Shown here one piece after another: positions 40,044 through 49,411 of a DNA stretch of 64,000 nt (positions within the stretch are counted from its first letter, which is position 1; the number at the start of each line of letters is the position of its first letter). Both the position numbers and the translations under genes were made by a program. The notes under the pieces were generated by a model. That model searched no databases. It saw nothing but the letters and a program-made list of their open reading frames with translations, and was not told the DNA's origin. Source of the DNA: an uncultured delta proteobacterium (GTDB lineage: Bacteria > Myxococcota_A > UBA9160 > SZUA-336); assembly GCA_963704165.1 (NCBI GenBank), contig CAVPHD010000004.1, positions 64,001 through 128,000 on the forward strand, read 5' to 3'.

Positions 40044-40921
40044 GGAAGACCGTCGCCACGATCCTGTCGACCAATTTTGCGGGCTCGCACTTCCTGTCGC
40101 TCATGCTCGGCAGTCACTCGCGCGCCCTCCACGTGGGCGAGGTCCGGCGGCTGCGCAAGCAACCTCAAACCAAGCATCCTTGCTTCGTTTGCGAAGCCTC
40201 GGGCGAGTGCGAGCTCTTCCGCGACATTCCAGCCGACGGTCTCGGCGAGCTCTGGCCGACGATCTTCTCGCGAGTTCCGGACTCGATCGAGGTTCTCGTC
40301 GACAACTCCAAGAAGCCCGTCTGGGCCGAGCGGTTTCTGAAGGACGATCGCTACGCGAAGAAGTACGTGCACTTGATCCGCGATCCGCGCGCGCTGATGA
40401 GGCGCTGGGCGAGCGACTACGACGACTGGCCGCGGCGCTTCGAGCAGCGTCTGACCTGGGGGCGCCGTCGTCCCGATCTGTTTCCGTCGATGCTGCGCTC
40501 CGGTCACCGGCGGTTCTTCCTGTACAAGTGGCTCGCGAAGAATCAGGAGATCACGAAGTTCGTGCGCACGAATCGACTCGACTGCGCGATCGTCACGTAC
40601 CGTGACCTCGCGCTCTTCCCGGACGAGACGCTCGCGCGACTCGATCGGTTTCTGGGACTCGAACCGGAGGCCGGTCAGAAGGAATACTGGAACTTCGAGC
40701 ATCACGGCTCGCAGAAGCCCGCCTACGAATGGGTCAAGACCGAGCACAAGCAGTTCCTCGATCTGCGCTGGAAGGAGTTCCTCTCCGAGGAGGACCAGAG
40801 GTGGGTGCTCCAAGAGTCACGCGTACGCCGCTATCTCGCCGAGGTCGGCCTCGAGTTCGTCGAGGACGGACTCACGCTGAAGAAGGCGGGAGCGAGCTAC
40901 TCCCAGCCGATCACCTCGTAG
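40040..40921 (+). CDS. Sulfotransferase-like protein
   Basis: FAGSHFLSLMLGSH, VDNSKK, HLIRDPRA, VTYRDL. Confidence 0.75.
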   Translation: MRKTVATILSTNFAGSHFLSLMLGSHSRALHVGEVRRLRKQPQTKHPCFVCEASGECELFRDIPADGLGELWPTIFSRVPDSIEVLVDNSKKPVWAERFLKDDRYAKKYVHLIRDPRALMRRWASDYDDWPRRFEQRLTWGRRRPDLFPSMLRSGHRRFFLYKWLAKNQEITKFVRTNRLDCAIVTYRDLALFPDETLARLDRFLGLEPEAGQKEYWNFEHHGSQKPAYEWVKTEHKQFLDLRWKEFLSEEDQRWVLQESRVRRYLAEVGLEFVEDGLTLKKAGASYSQPITS

Positions 40922-41313
40922 CCCTTGTCGCCGAGACAGCGCTCGACGAAGCGGCGGTAGACCGGGTTGGGCTCGCGTCCGCGAAAGATCGAGCGAACGA
41001 TGCCACCGGCGGCGCCCGCGGCCGCGCCCGCTCCGGCACCGCGTCCGGCGCTGCCGAGCACCGCGCCCGCGGCCGCTCCGGTCGCACCGCCCACCACGGC
41101 ACCCTCGGCCGCATCGCCCGCGGCGCGCCGCGCGCGCGAGGGGTTCTCGGTGTACTCCTTGGCGGTGGCCTCGCAGTACGCGATGTCGCGATCGACCTCC
41201 TCCTGGTAGACCTGCTCGAGCTTGGAGTTGGGATAGAGGACCGGCGCGTAGGCGCGGCAGCCGATCGCGAGGCAGGCCAGAAGTGCCAGCGGGAGGGCGT
41301 TTCCGAGCCTCAT
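40897..41313 (-). CDS. Glycine-zipper lipoprotein
   Basis: Lipobox LAIGC; GAVVGGATGAAAGA repeats; FVERCLGDKGY. Confidence 0.85.
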   Translation of the reverse strand: MRLGNALPLALLACLAIGCRAYAPVLYPNSKLEQVYQEEVDRDIAYCEATAKEYTENPSRARRAAGDAAEGAVVGGATGAAAGAVLGSAGRGAGAGAAAGAAGGIVRSIFRGREPNPVYRRFVERCLGDKGYEVIGWE

Positions 41314-41882
41314 CGATCGATCCCCGACGGGAAGCGCGGAAGTCCGGCGTCGAGTTGCACACCGAAGCTGTTCAATGCCATCGACACCAGGTTGTACTGT
41401 CCCACGGTGAAGACGACGTCGATGAGTTGCTCGGTATTCAGAAAGCGCGCGAGCTCGCGCCACGTCGCATCGTCGATCATCGCGTCGTTCCAGAGGCCGT
41501 CGGTCGCGCGCAGCAGAGCGCGCTCGAGATCCGACCATCCCGGTGCTTCGGGGCCGACGCCGATCCGCGCGATCTCGTCGTCGGTGAGCCCCTCGCGCTT
41601 CCCGATCACGACGTGCTGCGCCCACTCGTACTCGGCGCGGCAGAGCCAGCCGATGCGCAGGATCAGGATCTCGCGCTCGCGCGGAGGCAGCGAATTCTTC
41701 GCCAGGACGTGGTTCGCGAAGACCATCCAGCGTTTGACGAGCTTGGGGTGGCTCGCGAGCGTCCGGAAGATGTTCAGCGCGGGCATCGAGCCGGGACGAC
41801 CGATCGGCGCGAGCGCCTCCTTGGCCTCGTCGCTCCAGGCCTCTGGTGCGAGCGCGGGTATTCTGGGAACTTGGAGGCGCAT
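41310..41882 (-). CDS. Carboxymuconolactone decarboxylase / AhpD-like protein
   Basis: NIFRTLASHP, REREILILR, YEWAQH, TVGQY. Confidence 0.88.
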   Translation of the reverse strand: MRLQVPRIPALAPEAWSDEAKEALAPIGRPGSMPALNIFRTLASHPKLVKRWMVFANHVLAKNSLPPREREILILRIGWLCRAEYEWAQHVVIGKREGLTDDEIARIGVGPEAPGWSDLERALLRATDGLWNDAMIDDATWRELARFLNTEQLIDVVFTVGQYNLVSMALNSFGVQLDAGLPRFPSGIDR

Positions 41883-41938
41883 CGAGAGTCTCCTCTGAAC
41901 GAAGGGCGACGATACACCCGAGCCGCGGGAGAGCGCGA

Positions 41939-43741
41939 GTGAGCTGGGATCTGACGCCGTTCTTCGCGAGCTTCGAGGGACCGGAGTACCGCACGTTCCG
42001 AGATCGGCTCGCAGCCGACCTCGCGGGGCTTCTCGCGGACGTCGGCGCGTTCGGCCCGCTCGCGCGCGAGCGCGTTCCGGGGTTCGCGGAGATCCTCGTC
42101 CGACTCGAGAACGTGACCGCGCGCAGCGCCCACCTCGCGAGCTATCTCGGCGCCCTGCACGCAGCGGATTCACGAGACGAGGCGATCGCGCGCGAGCTCG
42201 CGTCGGCCGGCGTGGCGCGCGCGGAGCAGGAGAAGGCGTACGTGTTCGCGCGCGAAGTTCTGCGTGCCGCCCCCGACGACCTCTTCGAGGAGCTCTCTGC
42301 CGATCCACGTCTCGACAGCGCGAGGTACTTCCTGACGCGCGTGCGCGAGCGCGCGCGCTGGAGCATGAGCGCGGCCGAAGAGGGCCTGGCCGCGGATCTC
42401 GACCCGACGGGTCTCTCGGCCTGGGGGCGTCTCTACAGCCGGCTCTCGGGAAAGCTCGAGTTCGCGCTCGGAGTCCCCGGACGGCCGAACCGACACCTTC
42501 CTGTGTCGATGACGCGCACTCTGCTCGAGGATCCGGACGCCGAGGTTCGGAGCGCGGCCTTCCGCGGCTCGAACGCGGCCTGGGCGAGCATCGCCGACAG
42601 CACCGCGGCATGCCTCAACGCGATCGCGGGAACGCGTCTCGCGCTCTACGCGCGCCGTGGAATCGGGGACTTCCTCGAGCCCGCGCTCTTCGACGCGTCG
42701 ATCTCTCGCGCGACGCTCGACTCGCTGCTCGACGCCGTCCGGGCGCGCGCCGAGATTCCGCGCAGCTACCTGCGCCGGAAGGCCAAGCTCCTCGGCCGCG
42801 AACGCCTCGGCTTCTCCGACCTGTTGGCGCCGCTCCCGGGCGGGTCGGACGAACGCGTGCCGTTCGAAGTCTCTCGTGCGCAGATCCAATCGGCCTTCGA
42901 CGCCTTTCATCCGCCGCTCGGCGCGCTCGCCCGCAGAGCCTTCGAGCGGCGCTGGATCGACTGGGAGTCCCGCGCCGGCAAGCAGCCCGGAGGCTTCTGC
43001 ACGAGCTCGTCGCTGATCGACGAGTCGCGGATCTTTCTCACCTTCAACGGCGCACCCGGCGACACGTCGACGCTCGCGCACGAGCTCGGTCACGCGTATC
43101 ACTCCGCGATGATGTCGGGCGTGCGCCCGTGGTCGCGACGATCGCCGATGACGCTGGCCGAGACCGCGTCGACCTTCGCCGAACACGTTCTGATCGATCA
43201 CGCGCTCGCACCCGCGCAGCCGCAGCCGAGGATCCGGCTCGAAATCCTCGACGGGCGGCTGCAGGACGCCTCGGTGTTCCTCTTGAACATCCCCGCGCGA
43301 TTCAGCTTCGAGACTGCCGTCTATCGGGAGCGCGCGCAGGTGGAGCTCTCCGTCTCGCGTCTGTGCGAGCTCATGCTCGCGGCGGAGCGCGAATGGTATG
43401 GCGATGCGCTCGACGCCGACGAGCTCGACCCATGGTTCTGGGCATCGAAGCTGCATTTCTACATCACCGGGACGAGCTTCTACAATTTCCCCTACACGTT
43501 CGGGTACTTGTTCAGCCTGGGGCTCTTCGCGCGTGCGCGGCAGGAGGGTCCGGGGTTCATGCCGCGTTTCGAGGCCCTGCTGCGCTCGACCGGAAGCGGA
43601 ACGGCCGAGGTCGTCGCGCGAGACGCCCTCGGCGTGGATCTCACCAAACCGGACTTCTGGCACGCATCGCTCGATCTCGTCGGCGCCGCGCTCGACGAGT
43701 TCCTCGACTGCACCAGGCCGGCGGCTGCAGCTCCTCAGTAG
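41939..43741 (+). CDS. M3B oligoendopeptidase F family
   Basis: SWDL start, GKQPGGFC, TLAHELGHAYH zinc motif, AETAS, YNFPYTFG. Confidence 0.93.
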   Translation: MSWDLTPFFASFEGPEYRTFRDRLAADLAGLLADVGAFGPLARERVPGFAEILVRLENVTARSAHLASYLGALHAADSRDEAIARELASAGVARAEQEKAYVFAREVLRAAPDDLFEELSADPRLDSARYFLTRVRERARWSMSAAEEGLAADLDPTGLSAWGRLYSRLSGKLEFALGVPGRPNRHLPVSMTRTLLEDPDAEVRSAAFRGSNAAWASIADSTAACLNAIAGTRLALYARRGIGDFLEPALFDASISRATLDSLLDAVRARAEIPRSYLRRKAKLLGRERLGFSDLLAPLPGGSDERVPFEVSRAQIQSAFDAFHPPLGALARRAFERRWIDWESRAGKQPGGFCTSSSLIDESRIFLTFNGAPGDTSTLAHELGHAYHSAMMSGVRPWSRRSPMTLAETASTFAEHVLIDHALAPAQPQPRIRLEILDGRLQDASVFLLNIPARFSFETAVYRERAQVELSVSRLCELMLAAEREWYGDALDADELDPWFWASKLHFYITGTSFYNFPYTFGYLFSLGLFARARQEGPGFMPRFEALLRSTGSGTAEVVARDALGVDLTKPDFWHASLDLVGAALDEFLDCTRPAAAAPQ

Positions 43742-44805
43742 GTCGCGTCGAAGTCGATCTCGACGGGCTCGTCGCCCTCGAGCCGTGACTGACAGGCGAG
43801 CACCCAGCGATTGGCGAGGTCCTTCGCGGAGAGTGCGTCGTGCGTGCGCATCTGCACCTTGCCCGAGCAGAGCCGCGCCATGCAGCAGCCGCAATAGCCT
43901 TCTTCGCAGGAGAACGAGGGATCGAGGCCGGCGCGGCGCGCGGCCGCGAGCAAGGTCTCTCCGGACTTCACGGGGACCTCGTGCCGTGTGCCTTCGAGCG
44001 TGCAGAAGAACGTGCTCGCCGCACGGACCGGTGCCGAGGGCTGCGCCGCGACGGTCGCCTGCACGCGATCGGGGTCGGTGGGTGAGACGAAGCGCTCGAT
44101 GAAGACGTGTCCGCGGCCGACTTGTCGCTCTTCGAGGGCGCTCTCGACCACGTCCATGAAGGGACCGGGGCCGCAGATGTAGAAGTCCGCGTCTTCGAGT
44201 CCGGTGAAGTGGTCCTTGGCGTTCGCGGCGTGCATGAACCCGCGCTCCGAATCGAGGTGGTGGACGATGTCGAAGCGGTCGGCGTGGCGCGCGCGCCAGG
44301 ATTCGAGCTCGTCACGGAAGATGATCGAGTCGCGGTCGCGATTCGCGTACACGAGCTTGATTCGCCGGCTCGTCTTCGAGAGCGCCGTCTTGATGATCGA
44401 GAGGACCGGCGTGATCCCGCTGCCACCGCCGAACATCACGAGCGGCCGCTCCCGCTCCGACGGGCGAAGCACGAAGAGTCCCTCGGGCGGCTTCACCGCG
44501 ATCCGGCTCCCCCTCACGATCTTCTCGTTGAACCAGTTCGAGACGCGCCCGTGATCGACTCGCTTCACCGTCACCTTCGGCCGGTCGTCGATCTCCGGCG
44601 CGCTCGAGAGCGAGTAACAGCGGTGCAGCCGAAAGCCGTCCCAGGGGATCTCGAAGGTCAGGAACTGCCCGGAGACGTACCGGAAGAGCGGCGCCAGCGC
44701 ATCGGGAACGTCGAAGACGAACGAGCGCGTGTCGGCCGTTTCCTGGATCACGTCTGCGGTCACGAGTTCGTGGAAGCGGTGCTTCGAGTCGCCGGTCTGG
44801 GTCAT
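43735..44805 (-). CDS. FAD/NAD-binding ferredoxin reductase with C-terminal 2Fe-2S (KshB/PaaE-like)
   Basis: RCYSLSS, GGSGITP, YICGPGPFM, SCEEGYCGCC...LACQ. Confidence 0.93.
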   Translation of the reverse strand: MTQTGDSKHRFHELVTADVIQETADTRSFVFDVPDALAPLFRYVSGQFLTFEIPWDGFRLHRCYSLSSAPEIDDRPKVTVKRVDHGRVSNWFNEKIVRGSRIAVKPPEGLFVLRPSERERPLVMFGGGSGITPVLSIIKTALSKTSRRIKLVYANRDRDSIIFRDELESWRARHADRFDIVHHLDSERGFMHAANAKDHFTGLEDADFYICGPGPFMDVVESALEERQVGRGHVFIERFVSPTDPDRVQATVAAQPSAPVRAASTFFCTLEGTRHEVPVKSGETLLAAARRAGLDPSFSCEEGYCGCCMARLCSGKVQMRTHDALSAKDLANRWVLACQSRLEGDEPVEIDFDATY

Positions 44806-44860
44806 CGAACGCGGAGCCTAACGCATGAAGGCGTGAATTCGGAGCTCGGGTCGGAGGAGC

Positions 44861-45454
44861 TCACGCGAGCCTCTCGGAGAGCTCTTCGAGTGAGTGCACC
44901 GAGACATCCGCGTGCTCCGCGAACGGAAAGTCGCCGCTCGCATCGACGTAGACCGTCGCGGTTCCGGCGGCCCGGCCCGCGAGCAGGTCGTAGCGATAGT
45001 CGCCGACCATCACGGCGTCGATCGGCGCGGCTCGCCAGGCGCGCAGAAGATGGTGGATTCCGTCGGGGTCGGGCTTGGGCGCGGCGGCCTCGCGGCCGAC
45101 GACGAGAGCGGCGTCGAAGAAGTGCGCGAGCCCGCACGCGCGCAGCGTCTCGAGGGCGTTCGCGTGGCTGTTGCGCGTGAGAATGCCGAGGCGCGTGCCG
45201 CGCGCGCGAAGGGTCTCGAGCAATGGGACGGCGCCGGCGGCCGCGCACGCGCGTTGCGCGAGGCCGAGCTCGAGCCGGTCGAGGCGCTCGAAGAGATCGC
45301 GCGCTTCGGGTTCGGGACGGAGCGCGAGCTCTTCGAGGATCGGTCGTCCCGCCGGGAGTCCGAGCTCGAGGCGGATCGCCTCGAAGTCGTGGATGGCGAC
45401 GGTCAACGTGCCATCCATGTCGAAGATCCAGTGCGCGCGTTTCGAGAGGTCCAA
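44861..45454 (-). CDS. HAD family hydrolase
   Basis: IFDMDGTL, ILTRN, KPDPDG, MVGD; start codon uncertain. Confidence 0.88.
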   Translation of the reverse strand: MDLSKRAHWIFDMDGTLTVAIHDFEAIRLELGLPAGRPILEELALRPEPEARDLFERLDRLELGLAQRACAAAGAVPLLETLRARGTRLGILTRNSHANALETLRACGLAHFFDAALVVGREAAAPKPDPDGIHHLLRAWRAAPIDAVMVGDYRYDLLAGRAAGTATVYVDASGDFPFAEHADVSVHSLEELSERLA

Positions 45455-45471
45455 GACCCGGCTCCGCGCGT

Positions 45472-46896
45472 TCAGTCTGCCATCGTCCGGTCGAGCCCGG
45501 CGATCGAAACGAGCTCGTCGTACGCGCGCTCGAGATCTTCTCGCAGGTCCTCGAGGTCGGGCATTCGCTCGGCATCGGCGTTCAGTCCCCAGAACAGCTT
45601 CCCGGCGTAGCTGAAGAGCGCGATGATCACGGCCTGGTGCTGGAAGAGCGGGCCGATCGGGTACGACTCGAGCAGCGGCGCACCGACGAGATACAGCGGA
45701 ACCTGCGGCCCGGGAACGTTGGTCACGACCAGGTTGTGCGGGCGGCCGATGTTCTGAAAGCTCGTGCCGAGCGAGAGCAGCGTCATTCCCGTCCACTCCG
45801 TGACGGCCGAGAGCAGATCGGCGCCGAGCGCCTGGTTCGACTCCTTGAGCTGACGTGTGGTCGCGCGGATGTGTTCCAGGCGGAGCAGTGGGTCCGCTTG
45901 CCCGATCGGCATCGGAATGATCCATGCGGACACGCGATTTCCGTTCGACGATCTCTCCGCGTTCGTGCGCACGCTCACCGGCGCGGAGACGCGGAAGTCG
46001 AGCGAGTCGACGTTCACCAGCCTGCGCGTGAGGAACCGGCGCATCCCGCCCGCGACCGTCGCGAGCACGATGTCGTTCAGCGTGCCGCCGAGCTTGTCCT
46101 TCAGCGCCTTCATGCGCGTGAGCCCGAGCGAGAAGTACTCGAAGCGCCTGTGTGGTCCGATCTCGGAGTTGAGAGGCGTGTCCGACGCAGGTACGAGACC
46201 ACTCGCGACCAGATCACCGACGGCGCGGACCGCCCGTCCGAGCTCGCTTCGCCGGTCGGCGCGCAGGAGTTCGGCGATCCGAAGCGCGCCGTGCACCGGT
46301 CCGGCGGCGAGGTCGAGCAGATCCTCGCCGACGAGCTCGCGGGTTCCCGGCACGGGCCGCGGCACGAACGGCGGGGGAACCTCGCTCGACTCGTCGGGCG
46401 AGAGGCTCATCAGAACCGTGACGAGCTCCGCGCCCGATACCCCGTCGACCATGCAGTGGTGCACCTTCGAGACCACCGCGAAGCGCTCGCCGCCCTCGAA
46501 TCCCTCGACGACCCAGAGCTCCCAGAGCGGTCGCCGTCGGTCGAGAGCCTGCGAGCTCAGCCGTCCGATCAAGCGCTTCAGCTGCGCGTCGTTCCCGGGG
46601 TGGGGAAGCGCCGTGTGCCGGACGTGGTACTCGATGCTGAAGTGATCGTCGTCGACCCAGATCGGGCGACCACGCAGAGGTGTGTAGGCCAGGCGCTGGC
46701 GGTAGCGAGGGATTCGGTGCAACCGCGCGGTGATGAAGCGGCGGATCTTCGCGATGTCGATGCCACCGTGCTCGGTGCGCAACGGGCCGGCCTCGGCAAT
46801 GAAGGCCGCGGCGATGTGCATCGGCGTGTTCGGACCCTCGGCATCGAGGAACGAAGCATCCTGAGGCGAGAGGGTCTCGAATTTGTAGCTCGCCAT
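45472..46896 (-). CDS. Wax ester synthase / diacylglycerol acyltransferase (WS/DGAT)
   Basis: LSPQDASFL, PLWE, HHCMVDG catalytic motif, TNVPGP. Confidence 0.95.
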   Translation of the reverse strand: MASYKFETLSPQDASFLDAEGPNTPMHIAAAFIAEAGPLRTEHGGIDIAKIRRFITARLHRIPRYRQRLAYTPLRGRPIWVDDDHFSIEYHVRHTALPHPGNDAQLKRLIGRLSSQALDRRRPLWELWVVEGFEGGERFAVVSKVHHCMVDGVSGAELVTVLMSLSPDESSEVPPPFVPRPVPGTRELVGEDLLDLAAGPVHGALRIAELLRADRRSELGRAVRAVGDLVASGLVPASDTPLNSEIGPHRRFEYFSLGLTRMKALKDKLGGTLNDIVLATVAGGMRRFLTRRLVNVDSLDFRVSAPVSVRTNAERSSNGNRVSAWIIPMPIGQADPLLRLEHIRATTRQLKESNQALGADLLSAVTEWTGMTLLSLGTSFQNIGRPHNLVVTNVPGPQVPLYLVGAPLLESYPIGPLFQHQAVIIALFSYAGKLFWGLNADAERMPDLEDLREDLERAYDELVSIAGLDRTMAD

Positions 46897-46945
46897 CTCG
46901 ACAGGATACACGGGTCCGGGGACCGACGGCCTCGCTGGTTCTCGT

Positions 46946-48490
46946 CTAGACCTTCGACCAGGACTCGAAGAGCCTGCGCTCGGCTTCGAGCGGCGAATCG
47001 ACGACGCGTGCATCCCGGCCGAAGAGCATCGTCGAGCGCAGAACAGGCTCGTAGCCCGGCCAATCCGGCAGGCCCTCGTGAGAGGGATTCCCTTCGCGTG
47101 CGAAGCTGCCCCAGGCGTGCTGCATGGTCAGCGAAAGGCGGCGTGCCGAGGTGGACAGCCCCGTCAGCGATCGAAAGAGCGGCGTCTGCGTCCAGCCGAA
47201 GACGAACGGGAGCTCGATCGCGTGGCACGCGCCGATCCATCCGCCGACGCCCGGCGGCCGCCACGTGAACAGGTAGGAGAACGCGCGCCCACCCGCGCGA
47301 ACCTGCGCCTCGGCGAGCTGCGAAGCCGGGTGGTGGAAGACGCGGGCGGATTGGAAGGCGTTCCAGACTTCGGCCGTGTCCGTCGAGCCGCCGTCCGCGG
47401 CGACGGCGTCGCGGAAGCACCGGGTCGCGACCTCGGAATCGGGAAGCGTGAGTTCACGCGGGTCGGAAAGCGCGCCGATTCGCGAGATCAGCGTCGCCTC
47501 GCGCATTCCGACGGCGCTGCCATCGACGAGAGAGAACAGCTTCCATTCCTCGCGGGTGGTTCCGATCAGGAGTTCCTTGTCCGCGAATGCGCCGCGCTGG
47601 ATCGCTTCGAGCGGCGTCTCCGGCACGAGAGCGCCGTCGACGACCGGCATGAACGACATCAATCGCAGCGGACTGAACGTGCGCCGGTACGCGCTGGCCT
47701 GCGCCTTCAGCAATCGCGCGGGATCGACGTCGCGAAGCTGGTGGGCCGTCTCCGCCTTCAAGCCGAACTCCGCGAGGAAGATCCGCGCGACGTTGGTTCC
47801 CGCGTCACGGTCGATCACGCTGCGCCCGGCGGGGCTCTGCAGGATCGCGCGTCGGAACGAGCGACGGGCCTGCGGAGATGCGCAGAGCGAGGCCGCGCTC
47901 ATCGCACCCGCAGATTGCCCGCAGATGGTGACGTCGTCGGGATCGCCGCCGAACTCCGCGATGTTGTCCCGCACCCACGCGAGTGCGGCGATCTGATCCT
48001 CGAGTCCCAGGTTGACGGCCTCGGGCAGCGTCGACCCCGGCACCAGACCCAGGTGGCCCCAGCCCAGCGCGCCGAGCCGGTAGTTCGTCGTGACCACGAC
48101 CAGGTCGCAGCGTCGCGCGAGCCTTCGGCTGTCGTAGAGCGCGGTCGAACCGGCCCCCATGAGAAACGCGCCGCCGTGAAGGAAGAGCAGGACCGGTTTC
48201 TTCGATCCGGAGAGTCCCGGTGTGTACACGTTCAGGTAGAGGCAGTCCTCGTCGACGCGACCGCCGACGTCGAGGCGCATGCGAGTCATCCACGCCGCGC
48301 CGACCTGGAGCGGCGCGGGCCCCGGACGCAAAGCCTCGCGTACGCCCCGCCAGCACGCGGGCGGCTGAGGTCTCGCGAAGCGCAGCGCGCCGACCGGTGG
48401 CCGCGCGAACGGCACTCCCCGAAAGACGTGGATGCCGGCGACTTCCTCGCCGGCGAGTTTCCCGTATGTGGTCTCGACGTTCTTGCTCAT
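46946..48490 (-). CDS. Type-B carboxylesterase/lipase
   Basis: EDCLYLNVYTP, HGGAF, GQSAG, GACHAIE. Confidence 0.95.
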   Translation of the reverse strand: MSKNVETTYGKLAGEEVAGIHVFRGVPFARPPVGALRFARPQPPACWRGVREALRPGPAPLQVGAAWMTRMRLDVGGRVDEDCLYLNVYTPGLSGSKKPVLLFLHGGAFLMGAGSTALYDSRRLARRCDLVVVTTNYRLGALGWGHLGLVPGSTLPEAVNLGLEDQIAALAWVRDNIAEFGGDPDDVTICGQSAGAMSAASLCASPQARRSFRRAILQSPAGRSVIDRDAGTNVARIFLAEFGLKAETAHQLRDVDPARLLKAQASAYRRTFSPLRLMSFMPVVDGALVPETPLEAIQRGAFADKELLIGTTREEWKLFSLVDGSAVGMREATLISRIGALSDPRELTLPDSEVATRCFRDAVAADGGSTDTAEVWNAFQSARVFHHPASQLAEAQVRAGGRAFSYLFTWRPPGVGGWIGACHAIELPFVFGWTQTPLFRSLTGLSTSARRLSLTMQHAWGSFAREGNPSHEGLPDWPGYEPVLRSTMLFGRDARVVDSPLEAERRLFESWSKV

Positions 48491-48520
48491 TCGACAGCAG
48501 CGGCGGCGGGGAACGGAACT

Positions 48521-49378
48521 CTAGCTTTTCGCGGTCAGATTTGCGGCCATGCGCATGGCGAGGTCGGTCAGCGCGCGCGGCGTGATCGCTCCGACGGCGA
48601 TCGTCGCCAACGCATCGAGGCCGACGACGTAGCGGCGGAGTGGGAAGCGACTCTCGACGGCCGAGACGATCGCGTGCGCGACGACGCTGGCCGGCGGCGC
48701 GAAGCGCTCGACCAGCGCGATCCAGCCGTCCATGCGCTCGTACGCCGACGCGTACCGGGAGTCGGAACGGGCTGCGCTCCGGGACGCGATGTCGCGCGAG
48801 CGACCGGTGATGCCGGTCTTGAAGAAGCCCGGTTCGACGATCGAGACGGAAACCCCGAAGGAAGCAACCTCGACGCGAAGCACGTCCGAGAGCGCTTCGA
48901 GCCCGAACTTCGACGCGTGATACCAGGCGTTCAACGGCAGCACGGATGCGCGTCCAGCGACGGACGAGACCATCACGATCCGTCCGCCCCCGAGTCGCCG
49001 CATGCCGGGCAACGCGCAGCTCGCGACGACCGCGGGCGCGACCAGGTTCACGTCGAGCTGAGCCCGAGCCTGCTCGGCCGAGACCTCTTCGACGGCGCCG
49101 GATTGCGAATAGCCCGCGTTGTTCACGACCGCGTAGAAGTCCGGCAGCCCCTTCCACCGCTCGACGACGCGCGCGTGATCGGAGACGTCGAGCACGACCG
49201 GATGCACGCGCCCGAGGCAGCCCGCTAGATCGGCGGCCTCTCGCAGCGCCTCGGCTTTCTCCTCGGAGCGGACCGTTCCCCACGTCTCCCAGCCGCGCGA
49301 CGCGAAGCGAAGCGCGCTCGCCAGTCCGATTCCGGAGTTCGCGCCCGTCACGATCACGGGTCCGCGTCGCGCGGCCAT
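48521..49378 (-). CDS. SDR family oxidoreductase
   Basis: TGANSGIG, NNAG, YHASK, VEPG. Confidence 0.93.
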   Translation of the reverse strand: MAARRGPVIVTGANSGIGLASALRFASRGWETWGTVRSEEKAEALREAADLAGCLGRVHPVVLDVSDHARVVERWKGLPDFYAVVNNAGYSQSGAVEEVSAEQARAQLDVNLVAPAVVASCALPGMRRLGGGRIVMVSSVAGRASVLPLNAWYHASKFGLEALSDVLRVEVASFGVSVSIVEPGFFKTGITGRSRDIASRSAARSDSRYASAYERMDGWIALVERFAPPASVVAHAIVSAVESRFPLRRYVVGLDALATIAVGAITPRALTDLAMRMAANLTAKS

Positions 49379-49411
49379 GGCTAGCCTCCGCGCGCCATCC
49401 TACCGAACTCG

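Noticed and set aside
41000..41140. Low-complexity GC repeats
   Set aside because: Explained by glycine-zipper codons; not a CRISPR array or DNA repeat.
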